DNA of 64,000 bases from an uncultured delta proteobacterium (GTDB taxonomy: Bacteria; Myxococcota_A; Polyangia; Polyangiales; Polyangiaceae). The notes under the pieces are model-generated. The model ran no database searches. It had not been told where the DNA came from and saw nothing but the letters and a program-made list of their open reading frames with translations. Where the stretch lies: the NCBI GenBank assembly GCA_963806225.1, contig CAWDXG010000001.1, positions 896,001-960,000 on the forward strand, given 5' to 3'. This document shows positions 42,068-52,215 of this stretch, one piece after another. The translations under genes were made by a program, and so were the position numbers. Within the stretch, counting starts at the first letter, position 1. Each line of letters opens with the position of its first letter.

Positions 42068-42170
42068 CCCGAGCGACGGCGTTGCAGGTCGAACCGGGTG
42101 CGCGGATCGCGCGGGTTCGCGTACACTGGCCCCGAGGCTCGAACCGCGGCAGCGCGGCCTGGAGGCAGGA

Positions 42171-42746
42171 ATGAACAAGGGACGATCACGGCTGGAGATA
42201 CTGCTGCTCGCGGTGCTGGCGCTGGGGACGCTGCTCGCGTGCAAGAAGCTCGCGGCGAAGCTCACGGGCAAGAGCTCGGGCCCTTCGACGACCGAGCCAT
42301 TTTCGCAGAGCTACAGCTCGAAGAATGGGCTCATTACCGCCCACTATCCGGCATCCTTTGCGGCCAAGACAGTCGCGAGCACCAGCGTCGAGCTGGTGCG
42401 CAATCTGACGCTGGGTCACGACGAGGCTGTGGTGCTCGTGCCCATCCAGCGGCCCATCACCGACGAGCTCGACGAGCTGAGCCGCGTGATGTCCGACGCG
42501 CAGACGAGGCGCCTGAATCGCTTCACGAAGCGCTACGAGCGGCACACGACGTGCAACGGCCAGCCCGGCATCGAGATCGAAGGAGTGTGGTACACGAAGG
42601 CGAGTGGAGCGGCTGTCGTCTGGCACTCCTGCAACTTCATGCGCGACGGGCATGGCTTCTCCTTCTCGTACCTGGTGCCCCAGGCCGACGAAGCCTCGCA
42701 GGGCCCGTACCTGAAGAAGATCATGGAGGCGACCACCTTCAACTAG
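42171..42746 (+). CDS. Hypothetical lipoprotein (PsbP/DcrB-like fold possible)
   Basis: Lipobox LLAC, GGAGG upstream. Confidence 0.65.
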   Translation: MNKGRSRLEILLLAVLALGTLLACKKLAAKLTGKSSGPSTTEPFSQSYSSKNGLITAHYPASFAAKTVASTSVELVRNLTLGHDEAVVLVPIQRPITDELDELSRVMSDAQTRRLNRFTKRYERHTTCNGQPGIEIEGVWYTKASGAAVVWHSCNFMRDGHGFSFSYLVPQADEASQGPYLKKIMEATTFN

Positions 42747-42790
42747 CCGCCGACCTCGCGCTGCGACGAGGCAGGTGGAGAGCTCCGGAT

Positions 42791-43381
42791 CTACTTCTTG
42801 ACCAGCTTGTCGAGTAGGCGCTTGGCGGCGGTCTTGTTGCCCTGGACCACCACCGTGACGAGCACGTCCGCATCCTTGTCCAGGTAGGTTGCGCCCATCT
42901 TCGCTTTCATGGGTTCCTGGTCCTTGGGGGGCATCATGCTGGCGGAACCGGGGATCGGGTTGTGCGCCGGACGGATGATCTCGATGTACCCCGATGCGCT
43001 TCCTGTCTGGATCCCGAAGCGGATGCTCTCGTACTTGCCGACCGTGCCCCCTCCAATGGCGACCGTCGGCGGCGCCCACTTCAGCTTCTGCACAGCCGTG
43101 ACAACGTCCTTGCCGTCGATGTCGCTGATGCTCGTGCCCGCGATCGTGGCCGTGGACTTCGGCTTCTGCGGCTCGGGCGGCTTCGCCGGCTCCGGCGGTT
43201 CTTCCGGCTCGGCGCTGGCCGAAGCTTCGGGTTCCTCGGCAGACGCGGACGGCGGCGGGGGCGGCGGAGGCGCCGGCGCGGCCTGTTCCGGAGGAGGTTT
43301 GGGGGGTGGTGGCGTCGACCCGCCGCATGCAACCAGAAGCGACAAGCCGACCAACGGAAGCCCAAGGCGGATCGCACGCAT
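42791..43381 (-). CDS. Pro-rich hypothetical lipoprotein
   Basis: Lipobox LVAC, Pro/Glu-rich linker. Confidence 0.75.
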   Translation of the reverse strand: MRAIRLGLPLVGLSLLVACGGSTPPPPKPPPEQAAPAPPPPPPPSASAEEPEASASAEPEEPPEPAKPPEPQKPKSTATIAGTSISDIDGKDVVTAVQKLKWAPPTVAIGGGTVGKYESIRFGIQTGSASGYIEIIRPAHNPIPGSASMMPPKDQEPMKAKMGATYLDKDADVLVTVVVQGNKTAAKRLLDKLVKK

Positions 43382-43513
43382 GCGCCAGCCATACCCCCGC
43401 CCGTGCGGGGAGCAAATGGCGGGGGTCAAGCCCCCCGGAGCCTCCACCTACTCAATGGAAAACACAGGACTATCCGCCGTCGACCCGGGGCGCCAGGTCG
43501 ACAGCGTCCGGAC

Positions 43514-43939
43514 TCAGCGCACCACCGTCACCGGGCACGGCGCGTTGCGTATCACGTACTCGCTGACGCTGCCGAGCAGGAGCTCCGCGATCTCCGAACG
43601 CCCGCGCGTGCCCATCACGACCAGGTCCGCCTTGGAGCCTTCGGCGAAGGCGACGATCCCGTGCGCGGGATGACCGAGCTCGCTGTGCGTCGTGACGCTG
43701 ACCTTGATGTCGCCGATGGCTGCGCGCGCCGCATCGAAGCTGCCCTTGGCCACGTACTCCTTGGCGTGAGCAACGCCCTCGCGGTCGAGTGCTTCGAGCC
43801 CCATCTGCGCGACGGCCGGTGCGTCGAACACGTGGAGCAGCACGAGCTCCGCGTGCATGGCGGCTGCCAACTCGGCCGCGAACCGGGCCGCCTTGGCTGC
43901 GCCCTTCGATCCATCCACCGGAACCACAATGCGCTTCAT
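43514..43939 (-). CDS. Universal stress protein (UspA family)
   Basis: KRIVVPVDGS, DLVVMGTRGRS..LLGSVS..PCPVTVVR; GGAGG RBS. Confidence 0.95.
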   Translation of the reverse strand: MKRIVVPVDGSKGAAKAARFAAELAAAMHAELVLLHVFDAPAVAQMGLEALDREGVAHAKEYVAKGSFDAARAAIGDIKVSVTTHSELGHPAHGIVAFAEGSKADLVVMGTRGRSEIAELLLGSVSEYVIRNAPCPVTVVR

Positions 43940-43984
43940 GCTTCCTCCTCTGGGCATCCCGGGCACCGGCCCGGAGGACGTGTT

Positions 43985-44401
43985 CTACGCCGCGTCCCTG
44001 CTGCGTGTCAGATAGAAGACAAGACCCGCCCCCGCCAGCACGATCATTGCAGCGCCCGCCAGTGTCAGCGGCACGAGCAGACTCGGCCGCTCCAGTGACG
44101 CGTGGTCGACAGCCCGTCGATCGTAGAACAGCACATGCTTGCCCCCCAAGGGTATCGTGGCATCGGGCGAGCCGGAGGGCACGTCCTGCTCGAGAAGGTG
44201 CTGCGCGCCCTTCGCGCGGTAGCTGAACTGGAGGCGGGTTCGACTGCCGGCGGCGGGAGTGCGCTTGACCAGGACGCCCTGCGTCGGTTTGTAGGTCGAG
44301 ACCTTGCTGCGCGCGATCAGGATGCCCGAGATCACGAACAGCCCGATGCCCAACAGGGCCAGCACCGCCGCGGCGGTGCGTCCGCGTCCTCGGCGCGTCA
44401 C
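43985..44401 (-). CDS. Small two-TM membrane protein (DUF3592-like)
   Basis: TM - beta-rich domain - TM architecture; GTGA overlap region with the upstream gene. Confidence 0.6.
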   Translation of the reverse strand: MTRRGRGRTAAAVLALLGIGLFVISGILIARSKVSTYKPTQGVLVKRTPAAGSRTRLQFSYRAKGAQHLLEQDVPSGSPDATIPLGGKHVLFYDRRAVDHASLERPSLLVPLTLAGAAMIVLAGAGLVFYLTRSRDAA

Positions 44402-44402
44402 G

Positions 44403-45485
44403 TCAGCTGCCGTTCTTGCCGGGGTCCGAGAGGCGGACCTTGTCCAGGTCCGGGATCACGCGTGAGACGCGCCCGCGGACGACCTGGGTGACGAGCTTCC
44501 ACAGGCTTTCCTCGTCGGTGGCCTCGGCGAAGAAGCCGAGCGGGATCTGGAAGCCGCCCTTGTCACGGCGGCCGCCGCCGAAGAAACGCCCCTTGTCGTC
44601 CTTGCCGAACGCGTTCTCCATGAACGCGGCCGGGTCGACGCTGGCGGAGCTGGTGCGCAGCGAACCGTCGATGCGGTTCTCGACCAGGCCGTAGACGAGC
44701 ACCGTGTCGATGTCCTCGCGGCGCATGATGAAATCCGCTGCCGTCGGGATGGCATCGCGATTGACGGCCGAGACGCGTCCCACGCCGGCGAGCGCGAAGT
44801 CGCGGATGACCTCCAGGTTGACGAGCGCGCGGCTGACCGCGTCCATCGCCTCGGCCGTGATGGTGCGGCGTCCGATCCGGCTCAGCGTGGCGGCGTCACA
44901 GAAGCGCTTGACGTAGCCCGCTGCCCGGAAGTCCGCCGGCGTGGCCAGCGCAAAGTCGTCGGTGTCCGTCTGCATGCCGAACAGCATGGCCGTCGCTACC
45001 CGCGTCTCGTCGCTGCCGGTGCCGTCGAACGGAGCCAGCCCCTGTTCGAGGTACTCCGCGTAGATCGTGCTCGTCGAACCAACGTCCTGGCGGATGTCGA
45101 CGAACGGTGCGTCCGGTACCGAGGCCGGTCGATGGTGATCGACGATGCTCAGGAGCTCGAGACCCGGCGGCAGTTCCAGGCTGGCCTCGCTGGCGCTGGC
45201 GTCGACCAGCGATAGATAGCCGAACTGCTCCAGGTCCGCGGGCCCCGACACCTGCGTCAGCTTCACGCTCAGCAGGTTGACCAGGGCGCGGTTTTCCGTC
45301 CGCGCGACCGGCAGCACGTGCGCGATGGTCGAGGAGATGCCCAGGTGCTCACAGATGCGGTGGTGCGCCATGGCACTACCGATCCCGTCCGGATCCGGAT
45401 GGCCGCTCAGCAGGATGACGTGCGGCTTGTCCGTGGCGCCGGAGAGCACCTGTTCCAGCTCTGCGCGCTTCTGGAGAGTCTTCAT
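44403..45485 (-). CDS. DHH/DHHA1 family phosphoesterase
   Basis: HPDPDGIGS, LVD, IVDHH, GSTSTI, GSLR, GGG. Confidence 0.9.
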   Translation of the reverse strand: MKTLQKRAELEQVLSGATDKPHVILLSGHPDPDGIGSAMAHHRICEHLGISSTIAHVLPVARTENRALVNLLSVKLTQVSGPADLEQFGYLSLVDASASEASLELPPGLELLSIVDHHRPASVPDAPFVDIRQDVGSTSTIYAEYLEQGLAPFDGTGSDETRVATAMLFGMQTDTDDFALATPADFRAAGYVKRFCDAATLSRIGRRTITAEAMDAVSRALVNLEVIRDFALAGVGRVSAVNRDAIPTAADFIMRREDIDTVLVYGLVENRIDGSLRTSSASVDPAAFMENAFGKDDKGRFFGGGRRDKGGFQIPLGFFAEATDEESLWKLVTQVVRGRVSRVIPDLDKVRLSDPGKNGS

Positions 45486-45742
45486 GGGAGGGGGGAGGCG
45501 CCCCCGGAGAGGCACTTCAACCCAGAGCGTTGCGGGACCAGAGGCGACCGTCAAGCCGGAGGTGCAGCAGCGCCCCTCCGGCGCTTGATATCCGCCAAGA
45601 AGCGCTTTCGGAAGGCGTTCCGCGGGCGCTCCGGCTGAACGGCGGCGGGCCAGCAGCGCGCTGGCGGGGTCTCCCGTCTCGGCTCAGGCACCCGCCCCCG
45701 GCGGCCCCTTGACCGAGGCGAGCCTGCGCTCCGGAGGCGCTC

Positions 45743-46372
45743 TCAGGGCAGTGCCATGCCGCGCCGCGCATTGGCGTTGTCCGGCGAGACGGCCAGCACC
45801 GCCGCGAAGATCGCCTTGGCTTCGCGCCCGCGTCCCATCCGGGCCAGCGCCCAGCCCAGGCCCGTCCGGTGGTCGAGGTTGGCCGGGTAGTCCGCGACCA
45901 GCCCGCGGTAGAGCGTGGCCGAGTCCGGGTAGTTGCCGCGCGAGTAGTAGGCGTGGGCGAGGCGGGCGCGCGCGATCGCGTTCTTCGGATCCTGTTTGAG
46001 TACGGCGCGGCAGGCGACCTCGAGCTCGCGCCACTTATGCGCGGCGAGCAAGGGCAGCGTGAGCCCCAGCTTCGGCTCGATCGCCTTGGGCTTGTCGGCG
46101 ATGGCCTTCCTGTACGAACGCGCCGAGTCGGCGTAGCGCCCTGCCAGGTACTCGAGCCAGGCGGTCCGCGCGTCGGCGAAGTACGACGACCCGCCGCGCG
46201 CGCGGATTTTCTTCATGGCGTCGACGGCCTGCGCCGCCTTGTTCTGGGCTTCGAGTCGATACGACTGTCGATAGAGGTCGGCCACATCCGCGGTCGTGTC
46301 GGAGCGCGCCAGCGCCGGTGCCAGCACCACCAGCGCGAACCCGGTGGCAGCGGCGAGTCGGGATAGGTTCAT
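45743..46372 (-). CDS. Secreted TPR protein
   Basis: Signal peptide MNLSRLAAATGFALVVLAPALA followed by TPR helices. Confidence 0.85.
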   Translation of the reverse strand: MNLSRLAAATGFALVVLAPALARSDTTADVADLYRQSYRLEAQNKAAQAVDAMKKIRARGGSSYFADARTAWLEYLAGRYADSARSYRKAIADKPKAIEPKLGLTLPLLAAHKWRELEVACRAVLKQDPKNAIARARLAHAYYSRGNYPDSATLYRGLVADYPANLDHRTGLGWALARMGRGREAKAIFAAVLAVSPDNANARRGMALP

Positions 46373-46386
46373 CGTCGTTCTCCTTT

Positions 46387-47688
46387 TCAGAAACGTGGCG
46401 ACCAGCGCAGCCCGGCGGCGAAGCTGGTGTAGTTGCCGTCCTCGCCCGCCGCCGAGAGCTTTTCGAGCTCGCTCGACAGACCGAGCGTCCACTCGGGCGT
46501 GATGGCGAAGAGCAGCGCCGCCGAGCCACCGAGCGGAAGATCCTGGTCGAGCGTGAGCACCAGCGGGATAGCCGGCGACACCGGCCAGCGCTGGGTGCCG
46601 GTGTGCCCCGAGACGTAGAGCTGGAAGGGCCGGGTCGCGAGCGTGACGCCGGCCTCGATGCTCTCGGGGTCGCCCTGATCGTCGACGGTGAAGCGCGGTC
46701 CGGCCCAGAGCCCCAGCCAGTCGACGGGCCACACGAACGCGCGCGGTGCGACCTGCACATTCCAGCCCCGCTGGCGGCGCAGGGTCGCCTCGAATGCCTC
46801 CACGCCGAAGCGGCGCCCGAGCCGGAGCTGGGCTGCCTGACCGGGCACCGCGCGTTCGTCGCTGGGGAAGAGCGCCATGCCCAGCAGGTCGAGCCACGCG
46901 TACCTGCCGCCGAAGCCGAAGCCCAGGTAGGCGTCCTGCTCGTGCCACAGCGTCTCGCCGCTCGCGGTCGCCGCGCTGGTTCCGTTGCCAGGTCCTGGTC
47001 CTGGGCCGGCTCCCGCGCCGGGACCCATGCCGGCCGTGCCCAGCGCTGTGCTCGTCGCGCCGTTCGTCGGCCCGTGGAGATCGAGCCAGCTGACGCGGTA
47101 GGCCGCGCGCAGCCGAAAGTGATCGGACAGCTGCAGCGGTATGAGCGCGAAGACCGAGAAGCCGCCGCCCTGCGTTGTCCCAATCCGCTCGCCGAGGTAG
47201 CCGACCCACAGCTCCGGGTCGATGCGCTGCGCGCGCGCCAGGTCGAGCCCCTTCTGTGCGTCGTCCTGTGCGGGATCGAGTGCGAGCGCAGCGCGCCAGT
47301 GCTCGCGCGCTCTGCCGCGATCGCCATCTTCAAGCTCGTCGTAGCCTTCGAGCGTCAGGGCGGAGGCGAGCCCCTGCGCCGCTTCGGGGCCGGCGCCGGG
47401 CAGCGTGCGCGCGTGGCGATACTCGCGGACCGCGCGCGCGGCGTCACCGAGCTCCAGGCTCAGCCAGGCCAGCCGCACGCTCACCTCGTAGCCCGCCGGC
47501 TCGCGTCCCCAGGCCCGCACCAGAAGCTCGCGCGCTTCGCGCGGGTGCCCCGCCCGCTCCAGCTCCGCCGAGCGATCCCAGGCGCCGGCGCGCAGATCGT
47601 AGGTGTGCTGGTCGGCGGGCGCGCGCGGCGGAGCCGCCGCGGCCGCGGATGAGAGCAGCACGAGCGCGAGCGCGGCGCGGGCAATCAT
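46387..47688 (-). CDS. Secreted protein with N-terminal TPRs and putative C-terminal outer-membrane beta-barrel
   Basis: Signal peptide, TPRs (VRLAWLSL..), alternating beta-strands, C-terminus ending FAAGLRWSPRF. Confidence 0.75.
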   Translation of the reverse strand: MIARAALALVLLSSAAAAAPPRAPADQHTYDLRAGAWDRSAELERAGHPREARELLVRAWGREPAGYEVSVRLAWLSLELGDAARAVREYRHARTLPGAGPEAAQGLASALTLEGYDELEDGDRGRAREHWRAALALDPAQDDAQKGLDLARAQRIDPELWVGYLGERIGTTQGGGFSVFALIPLQLSDHFRLRAAYRVSWLDLHGPTNGATSTALGTAGMGPGAGAGPGPGPGNGTSAATASGETLWHEQDAYLGFGFGGRYAWLDLLGMALFPSDERAVPGQAAQLRLGRRFGVEAFEATLRRQRGWNVQVAPRAFVWPVDWLGLWAGPRFTVDDQGDPESIEAGVTLATRPFQLYVSGHTGTQRWPVSPAIPLVLTLDQDLPLGGSAALLFAITPEWTLGLSSELEKLSAAGEDGNYTSFAAGLRWSPRF

Positions 47689-49805
47689 GCGGCCTGCTCC
47701 TGGTCCGGGTCGATGGAGCAGACCTCGACGCTCTGGCTCGTGCCGTCCCGGCGTACCTCGATGCGGTGCGCGCCGCCGCCGAGCGACAGCTCGGCGCGGC
47801 TGGAAAAGCGCGGGCTCTCGCCGATGACCTCGAGCGCGCCCGCGCTCCGCCGCGACGCGTAGCGCACCAGCGTGCCGCCCGCCTCCGGCGCTACCAGCGC
47901 GACCAGATCCGCTGCTGCGCGAAGCAGCCCCGGCAGGAGCAGCCGTCGCGGCAGGTTCTCGGTCCACGACAGGCGCTCGGCCTGATCGAACGGCACACGC
48001 GCCAGGGCGTACAGCACGAAGCGCAGGAGCGAGCGCGGGTCGCCCTCGAAGTCGACCACGACGAAGCCGCCGTCGTACACGTCGATGAACAGCCGCGCCC
48101 GGTCGCTCTCGAGGAAGCGCCGTCCGAGCAGGTCGACCTCGACCTGCGCGCGCTCGCGCCGCCCGCTGCCGCTGTCGACGAGCTCCCATGCCGTGCCCGG
48201 GTCGAACGACAGCGCGCGCGCCACGGCCTCGTCGCGCGTCACCGGACGCACCACGTCGTTTTCACCCGGCGTGACGCGGCTCGCCAGCGTCGCGCCGTCG
48301 TCGGAGCGCGTGACCACGTCGCCGAAGTCGGCCGCCAGCGTCGGGCTGCCCAGCGCGGGTGCGCGCTGCACCTGGAAGTGCAGGTGCGGTACCGGCGAGC
48401 GCCCCGAGCTGCCCGAGCGCGCGATCTCGGTGCCGGGGCTCACCACCTCGCCCTGCTTGACGCGGATACTGCCGGGCTTGAGGTGTGCGTACACCGAGTG
48501 CAGCGCCAGGCCGTGGGCGATGACGACGGCGTTGCCCCAGTTGTCGCGCGTGTTGACCTCGCCGGGGCGATTATCGGCGATGCCATCGACCACCTTGACC
48601 ACGGTGCCCTCGCCCGCCGCGACCACCGGCAGCCCGTAGCAGTGGTAGTCGCCGAGCGCGCTACCCTCGTTCCGGTATTTCTCTCCGTCCGGCCCGAGGA
48701 TCTCGAAGTCGAGCGCGTGTCGCCACGGCCCCTTGTGCGTGTAGCGGCCGTCGTAGGCCTGCGTGACGGTCCACTCGCCGCGGAAGGGCAGGCGGAAGGG
48801 CAGCCAGGCCACGTTGCCGAAGCGCCGGACGCGCGCCAGGTGCTTGGCGAGTGCCTCTTCCGGGCGATCGGCGGGCACGGCCGAGCGCGGATGGGCGTCG
48901 GTCTCGCGGCGTCGCGCTGCCGTCAGGAGCAGGTGCGTGGTAACGATGAAGGGCAGCGACAGCACCGGCAGGTACGCGATCGACGCCGCGGGCGACAGCG
49001 CGTAGGCGAGCACCGTCGCCACGGCAGCCGCGCCCGCGCCGAGCGCGATCGACGAGGGCTGCGGCACGAACCAGATCCCGCCCACGGCCATCGCCGCCAG
49101 GATGCCGTTGAACGACGCCACCACGTCCACCAGCGACCACGGCATGTCCGCGCGCAGCCAGAGCCGCATCAGCGCCGCCACCAGCCCGCCGACGACCGCG
49201 AGCAGCAGCGCGATGCGGCTGTACAAGGCGATCGCCGCGATCACCAGGATGCCCGCCACCTCCCCGTGCAGGAACAGGAGCGACGCCGGAATGTCGAGCC
49301 AGGAGCTCTCCAGCAGTCCGTGCGGCAGAAGCGACAGCGGCGTCACCAGCGACTCCGCGGCCACCGCCGGCAGGCTGTGCGACGCCAGGTGCACCGTCCA
49401 GGCCGCTGCGATGAACGGTAGCGAGTGCGTCGGCAGTGCCACCGGTGCGAACACAGCCTCGAACGACGCCATGAACAGCACGGCCAGCACCGCCGCCATC
49501 ACCACGTGGGCGACGGCTGGGCCGCCCGCCGGTGCGAACACGCCGATGGCCAGCGTCGCCAGCACCGCCGTGCAGGCGTAGCCGCCCTGGCGCACCGCTG
49601 CCCGCCCCAGCCCGAACAAGAGCACCACCACGTCCGCGATGGCGACCGCCCCGAGCGTGGCCAGGGCCAGCATGGGGAAGCTCGCGATGGCGAGCAGCAC
49701 CAGAAGGCCTGCGCGCAGATCGGTGGCGAACACGATCTGCGCGTACGGCCGGAGCAGCGCGTCGAGCGCGCTCCGGAGCGGGCTCGCTGTCAGTGCGCGA
49801 GCCAC
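47685..49805 (-). CDS. Urea-transporter-like membrane domain fused to M23 metallopeptidase
   Basis: About 10 TMs with YAQIVF, LPTHSLPF and LPVLSLPF repeats; then TQAYDGRYTH..HALDF, WGNAVVI.H, YAHLK, PHLHFQ. GTG start at 49805 is uncertain. Confidence 0.85.
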   Translation of the reverse strand: MARALTASPLRSALDALLRPYAQIVFATDLRAGLLVLLAIASFPMLALATLGAVAIADVVVLLFGLGRAAVRQGGYACTAVLATLAIGVFAPAGGPAVAHVVMAAVLAVLFMASFEAVFAPVALPTHSLPFIAAAWTVHLASHSLPAVAAESLVTPLSLLPHGLLESSWLDIPASLLFLHGEVAGILVIAAIALYSRIALLLAVVGGLVAALMRLWLRADMPWSLVDVVASFNGILAAMAVGGIWFVPQPSSIALGAGAAAVATVLAYALSPAASIAYLPVLSLPFIVTTHLLLTAARRRETDAHPRSAVPADRPEEALAKHLARVRRFGNVAWLPFRLPFRGEWTVTQAYDGRYTHKGPWRHALDFEILGPDGEKYRNEGSALGDYHCYGLPVVAAGEGTVVKVVDGIADNRPGEVNTRDNWGNAVVIAHGLALHSVYAHLKPGSIRVKQGEVVSPGTEIARSGSSGRSPVPHLHFQVQRAPALGSPTLAADFGDVVTRSDDGATLASRVTPGENDVVRPVTRDEAVARALSFDPGTAWELVDSGSGRRERAQVEVDLLGRRFLESDRARLFIDVYDGGFVVVDFEGDPRSLLRFVLYALARVPFDQAERLSWTENLPRRLLLPGLLRAAADLVALVAPEAGGTLVRYASRRSAGALEVIGESPRFSSRAELSLGGGAHRIEVRRDGTSQSVEVCSIDPDQEQAA

Positions 49806-51142
49806 TCCGGCATCGCCTCCAGGTCGAGCAGCGTGTCGAGCGTCTCGGCGCGCCGGACGAGCCCGTGCGCGCCGTCGGGCGACACCATCGCGACCGCCGG
49901 GCGCGTGGTGATGAACTGCATCCACTGCGTGACGTTGTAGGCGCCGACGTGATCGATCACGACGCGGTCGCCGGCGCGCACCGGCGGGAACATTGCCGTG
50001 TCGCGCACCACGTCGATGTTCATGCACAGCGGCCCGTACAGCACCGTGGGCTCGGGGATGCCGTGCGTGTCCTGGGCGGGGTGGACGGTGTGGCGGTACC
50101 ACCACGCCGTGGGCAGGATGTTGACGCCCGCGTCGAGGATCACCGCGCGCCGCCCGTCGCTGAGCCGCTTGTTGCCGACCACCGTCGAGAGCAGCACGCC
50201 CGCGTCGTCGACCAGCGCGCGCCCCGTCTCGAGCACGATGCGCGGCGCGCGCCGCCCTTCCAGCCCCTCCTCGATGCCCGCCGCGATTTTCTCGACGTAC
50301 TGGCCGAGCGAGGGCGTGATCTCCTCGCCCGGCAGGTACTGCGCGTGCAGCGTGTTGTGCGAGGCGAAGCCGCCACCGAGATCGATGGTCTCGATGCGCA
50401 CGCCGTGCTCGCTGTCGAGCACGCGCGCGAAGGCGGCCAGCGCGCGTGCCTCCAGCCGGTAGGCGTCCGAGTCGAGCACGAAGGTGCCGATGTGGCAGTG
50501 CAGCGTGCCGAGCTCGAGCCGCCCGCCGCGCAGGATGCGCTCGACCGCGCCCAGCGCCGAGCCGTTCTCCAGGTTGAAGCCGAAGCGATCCCACTGCGGC
50601 ACCGGCAGCTCGGACAGGTTGACGCGGATGCCGACCTTCGGCCGCACGTCGAGCTCCTCTGCCACGCTCTCGCACAGCGCCAGCTCGTCGAGGTGATCGA
50701 TGTGCACGTGCACGCCCTCGCGGAACGCCGTCTGGAGCTCCGCGCGGGTCTTTCCCGGGCCGTTGAACAGGATCTGCGGGCCCGGCACGCCGGCGCGCCG
50801 CGCCTTGTCGAGCTCCATGCCACTGACGACCTCCGCCAGCGCACCTTCCTGGTGGAAGACGGAGCAGACCGCGCCCAGGTAGTTGGTCTTGTACGACCAG
50901 GCGATGGAAAACTCGCTGAAGCGCCGCGCCAGCTCGTCCTTGAGCTCGCGGAAGCGCGTGCGCAGCGTCTTTTCGGAGAACACGAACAGCGGCGAGCCGT
51001 ACTCTTCGAGCAGCGCGGCGACGGGCACGCCGTCGACTTCCATGACGGGGCGGATGGTGGTCAGCGCGCCGAACTTGTTGTGGCGCCCGAGCGCGTGGCG
51101 CACGATGACGGGGCGCTCGTAGCGGGGCTTCACGGCTTCCAT
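49790..51142 (-). CDS. Fold-type III PLP-dependent decarboxylase (diaminopimelate/ornithine decarboxylase-like)
   Basis: YGSPLFV, WSYKTN (PLP Lys), NGPGK, RFG, HCHIGT, IDLGGGF, ETGR, GPLCMNID, VGAY. Confidence 0.9.
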   Translation of the reverse strand: MEAVKPRYERPVIVRHALGRHNKFGALTTIRPVMEVDGVPVAALLEEYGSPLFVFSEKTLRTRFRELKDELARRFSEFSIAWSYKTNYLGAVCSVFHQEGALAEVVSGMELDKARRAGVPGPQILFNGPGKTRAELQTAFREGVHVHIDHLDELALCESVAEELDVRPKVGIRVNLSELPVPQWDRFGFNLENGSALGAVERILRGGRLELGTLHCHIGTFVLDSDAYRLEARALAAFARVLDSEHGVRIETIDLGGGFASHNTLHAQYLPGEEITPSLGQYVEKIAAGIEEGLEGRRAPRIVLETGRALVDDAGVLLSTVVGNKRLSDGRRAVILDAGVNILPTAWWYRHTVHPAQDTHGIPEPTVLYGPLCMNIDVVRDTAMFPPVRAGDRVVIDHVGAYNVTQWMQFITTRPAVAMVSPDGAHGLVRRAETLDTLLDLEAMPEWLAH

Positions 51143-52212
51143 GTCGACTCCTGCCCGGGCTGGAAGAACCCGCTCGAGCTCAGCTGGCTGTACGTCGAGA
51201 GATCGCTGACCTGGTCGAGCGAGATGCGGACGAACTGCACGCCCACGCGATAGGGCGGCAGCGGATGGGGGACGTCCTTTCCGAGCGCAGAGAGCGCGCA
51301 GGCGTAGGGCAGATTCTGGCCGGCGCCCGCGGCGAGGTAGACCCAGGCCGGGAAACGCGGGTTGACCTCGGCGACGTACAGCCGGCCGGTGTCGGCTTCC
51401 TTCAGGAACTCGACCTCCAGTCCGCCGCGCCAGCCGAGGGCCTTGACGACGTTGCGGCTAAGCGACAAAAGCTCCGGGTCGCCGACGGTGACGCCCGCCC
51501 AGCCCTTGCCCTTGTCGGTGAGCATCATCTTGCGCATCGCCACGGCGCCGACCAGCGCGCCCTGGCCGTCGCCAAGCCCGGCGACGTTGTACTCCTCGCC
51601 GCGGATGAAGCGCTGCACCACCACCGGCAGCCCCCAGCTCGCCACGAAGTGGTGGAAGGCGGCGACGGCGTCGACCTCGCTGTAGGCGATGCTCGCGCCG
51701 TAGTAGACGCCCTTGATCACCAGCGGCAGCCCGAAGCGCGCGATCAGCCGCGGCAGATGCTCGGCGCCCACGATCGCCTCCGACTCGGGCACCGGAAAGC
51801 CCGAGCGCTGGCCGAGGCGGAAGAGCTGCGCCTTGCTCACGGCTTCGATCGACTCGAGCCGCGGCGCGAACGTGCGGATGCCGTAGCGGCGGAGCTCGCC
51901 CTCGATCTGCGCGACCGCCCTGAGCTCCGAGTCGAGCGTGGGCAGCAGCACGTCCATGCCGAACGCCTGCTGCACGCGCAACAGTTGCGCTAGCATCGCC
52001 TCGCGCCCCGCCGACGGGTAGGGCATCACCGAGCCGCCGTCGAGCAGCCCGCGCGCGTAGAAGCCGGGGTCGAGCGCGTCGTAGCCGAGGCCGATGACGC
52101 GGCCGGCAAAGCCCGGCTCCTCGCGCAGACAGCGCGCCACCGCGACGCCGGGCGCGGGGTTGTCCGTGGCGTTCATGCCGGTGACGGCGACCGTGGCGTC
52201 GAGCGCTTCCAC
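51130..52212 (-). CDS. ATP-grasp (carboxylate-amine) ligase
   Basis: VTGMNATDNPAPG, LLPTLDSE, PLVIKG, VQRFIRGEEY, EVEF, EVNPRFPAW. Confidence 0.9.
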   Translation of the reverse strand: MEALDATVAVTGMNATDNPAPGVAVARCLREEPGFAGRVIGLGYDALDPGFYARGLLDGGSVMPYPSAGREAMLAQLLRVQQAFGMDVLLPTLDSELRAVAQIEGELRRYGIRTFAPRLESIEAVSKAQLFRLGQRSGFPVPESEAIVGAEHLPRLIARFGLPLVIKGVYYGASIAYSEVDAVAAFHHFVASWGLPVVVQRFIRGEEYNVAGLGDGQGALVGAVAMRKMMLTDKGKGWAGVTVGDPELLSLSRNVVKALGWRGGLEVEFLKEADTGRLYVAEVNPRFPAWVYLAAGAGQNLPYACALSALGKDVPHPLPPYRVGVQFVRISLDQVSDLSTYSQLSSSGFFQPGQESTWKP

Positions 52213-52215
52213 GGC

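Noticed and set aside
49790..51142. Calling the decarboxylase lysA
   Set aside because: Only family-level motifs are visible, and its operon context argues for a specialised substrate, so no gene symbol was assigned.
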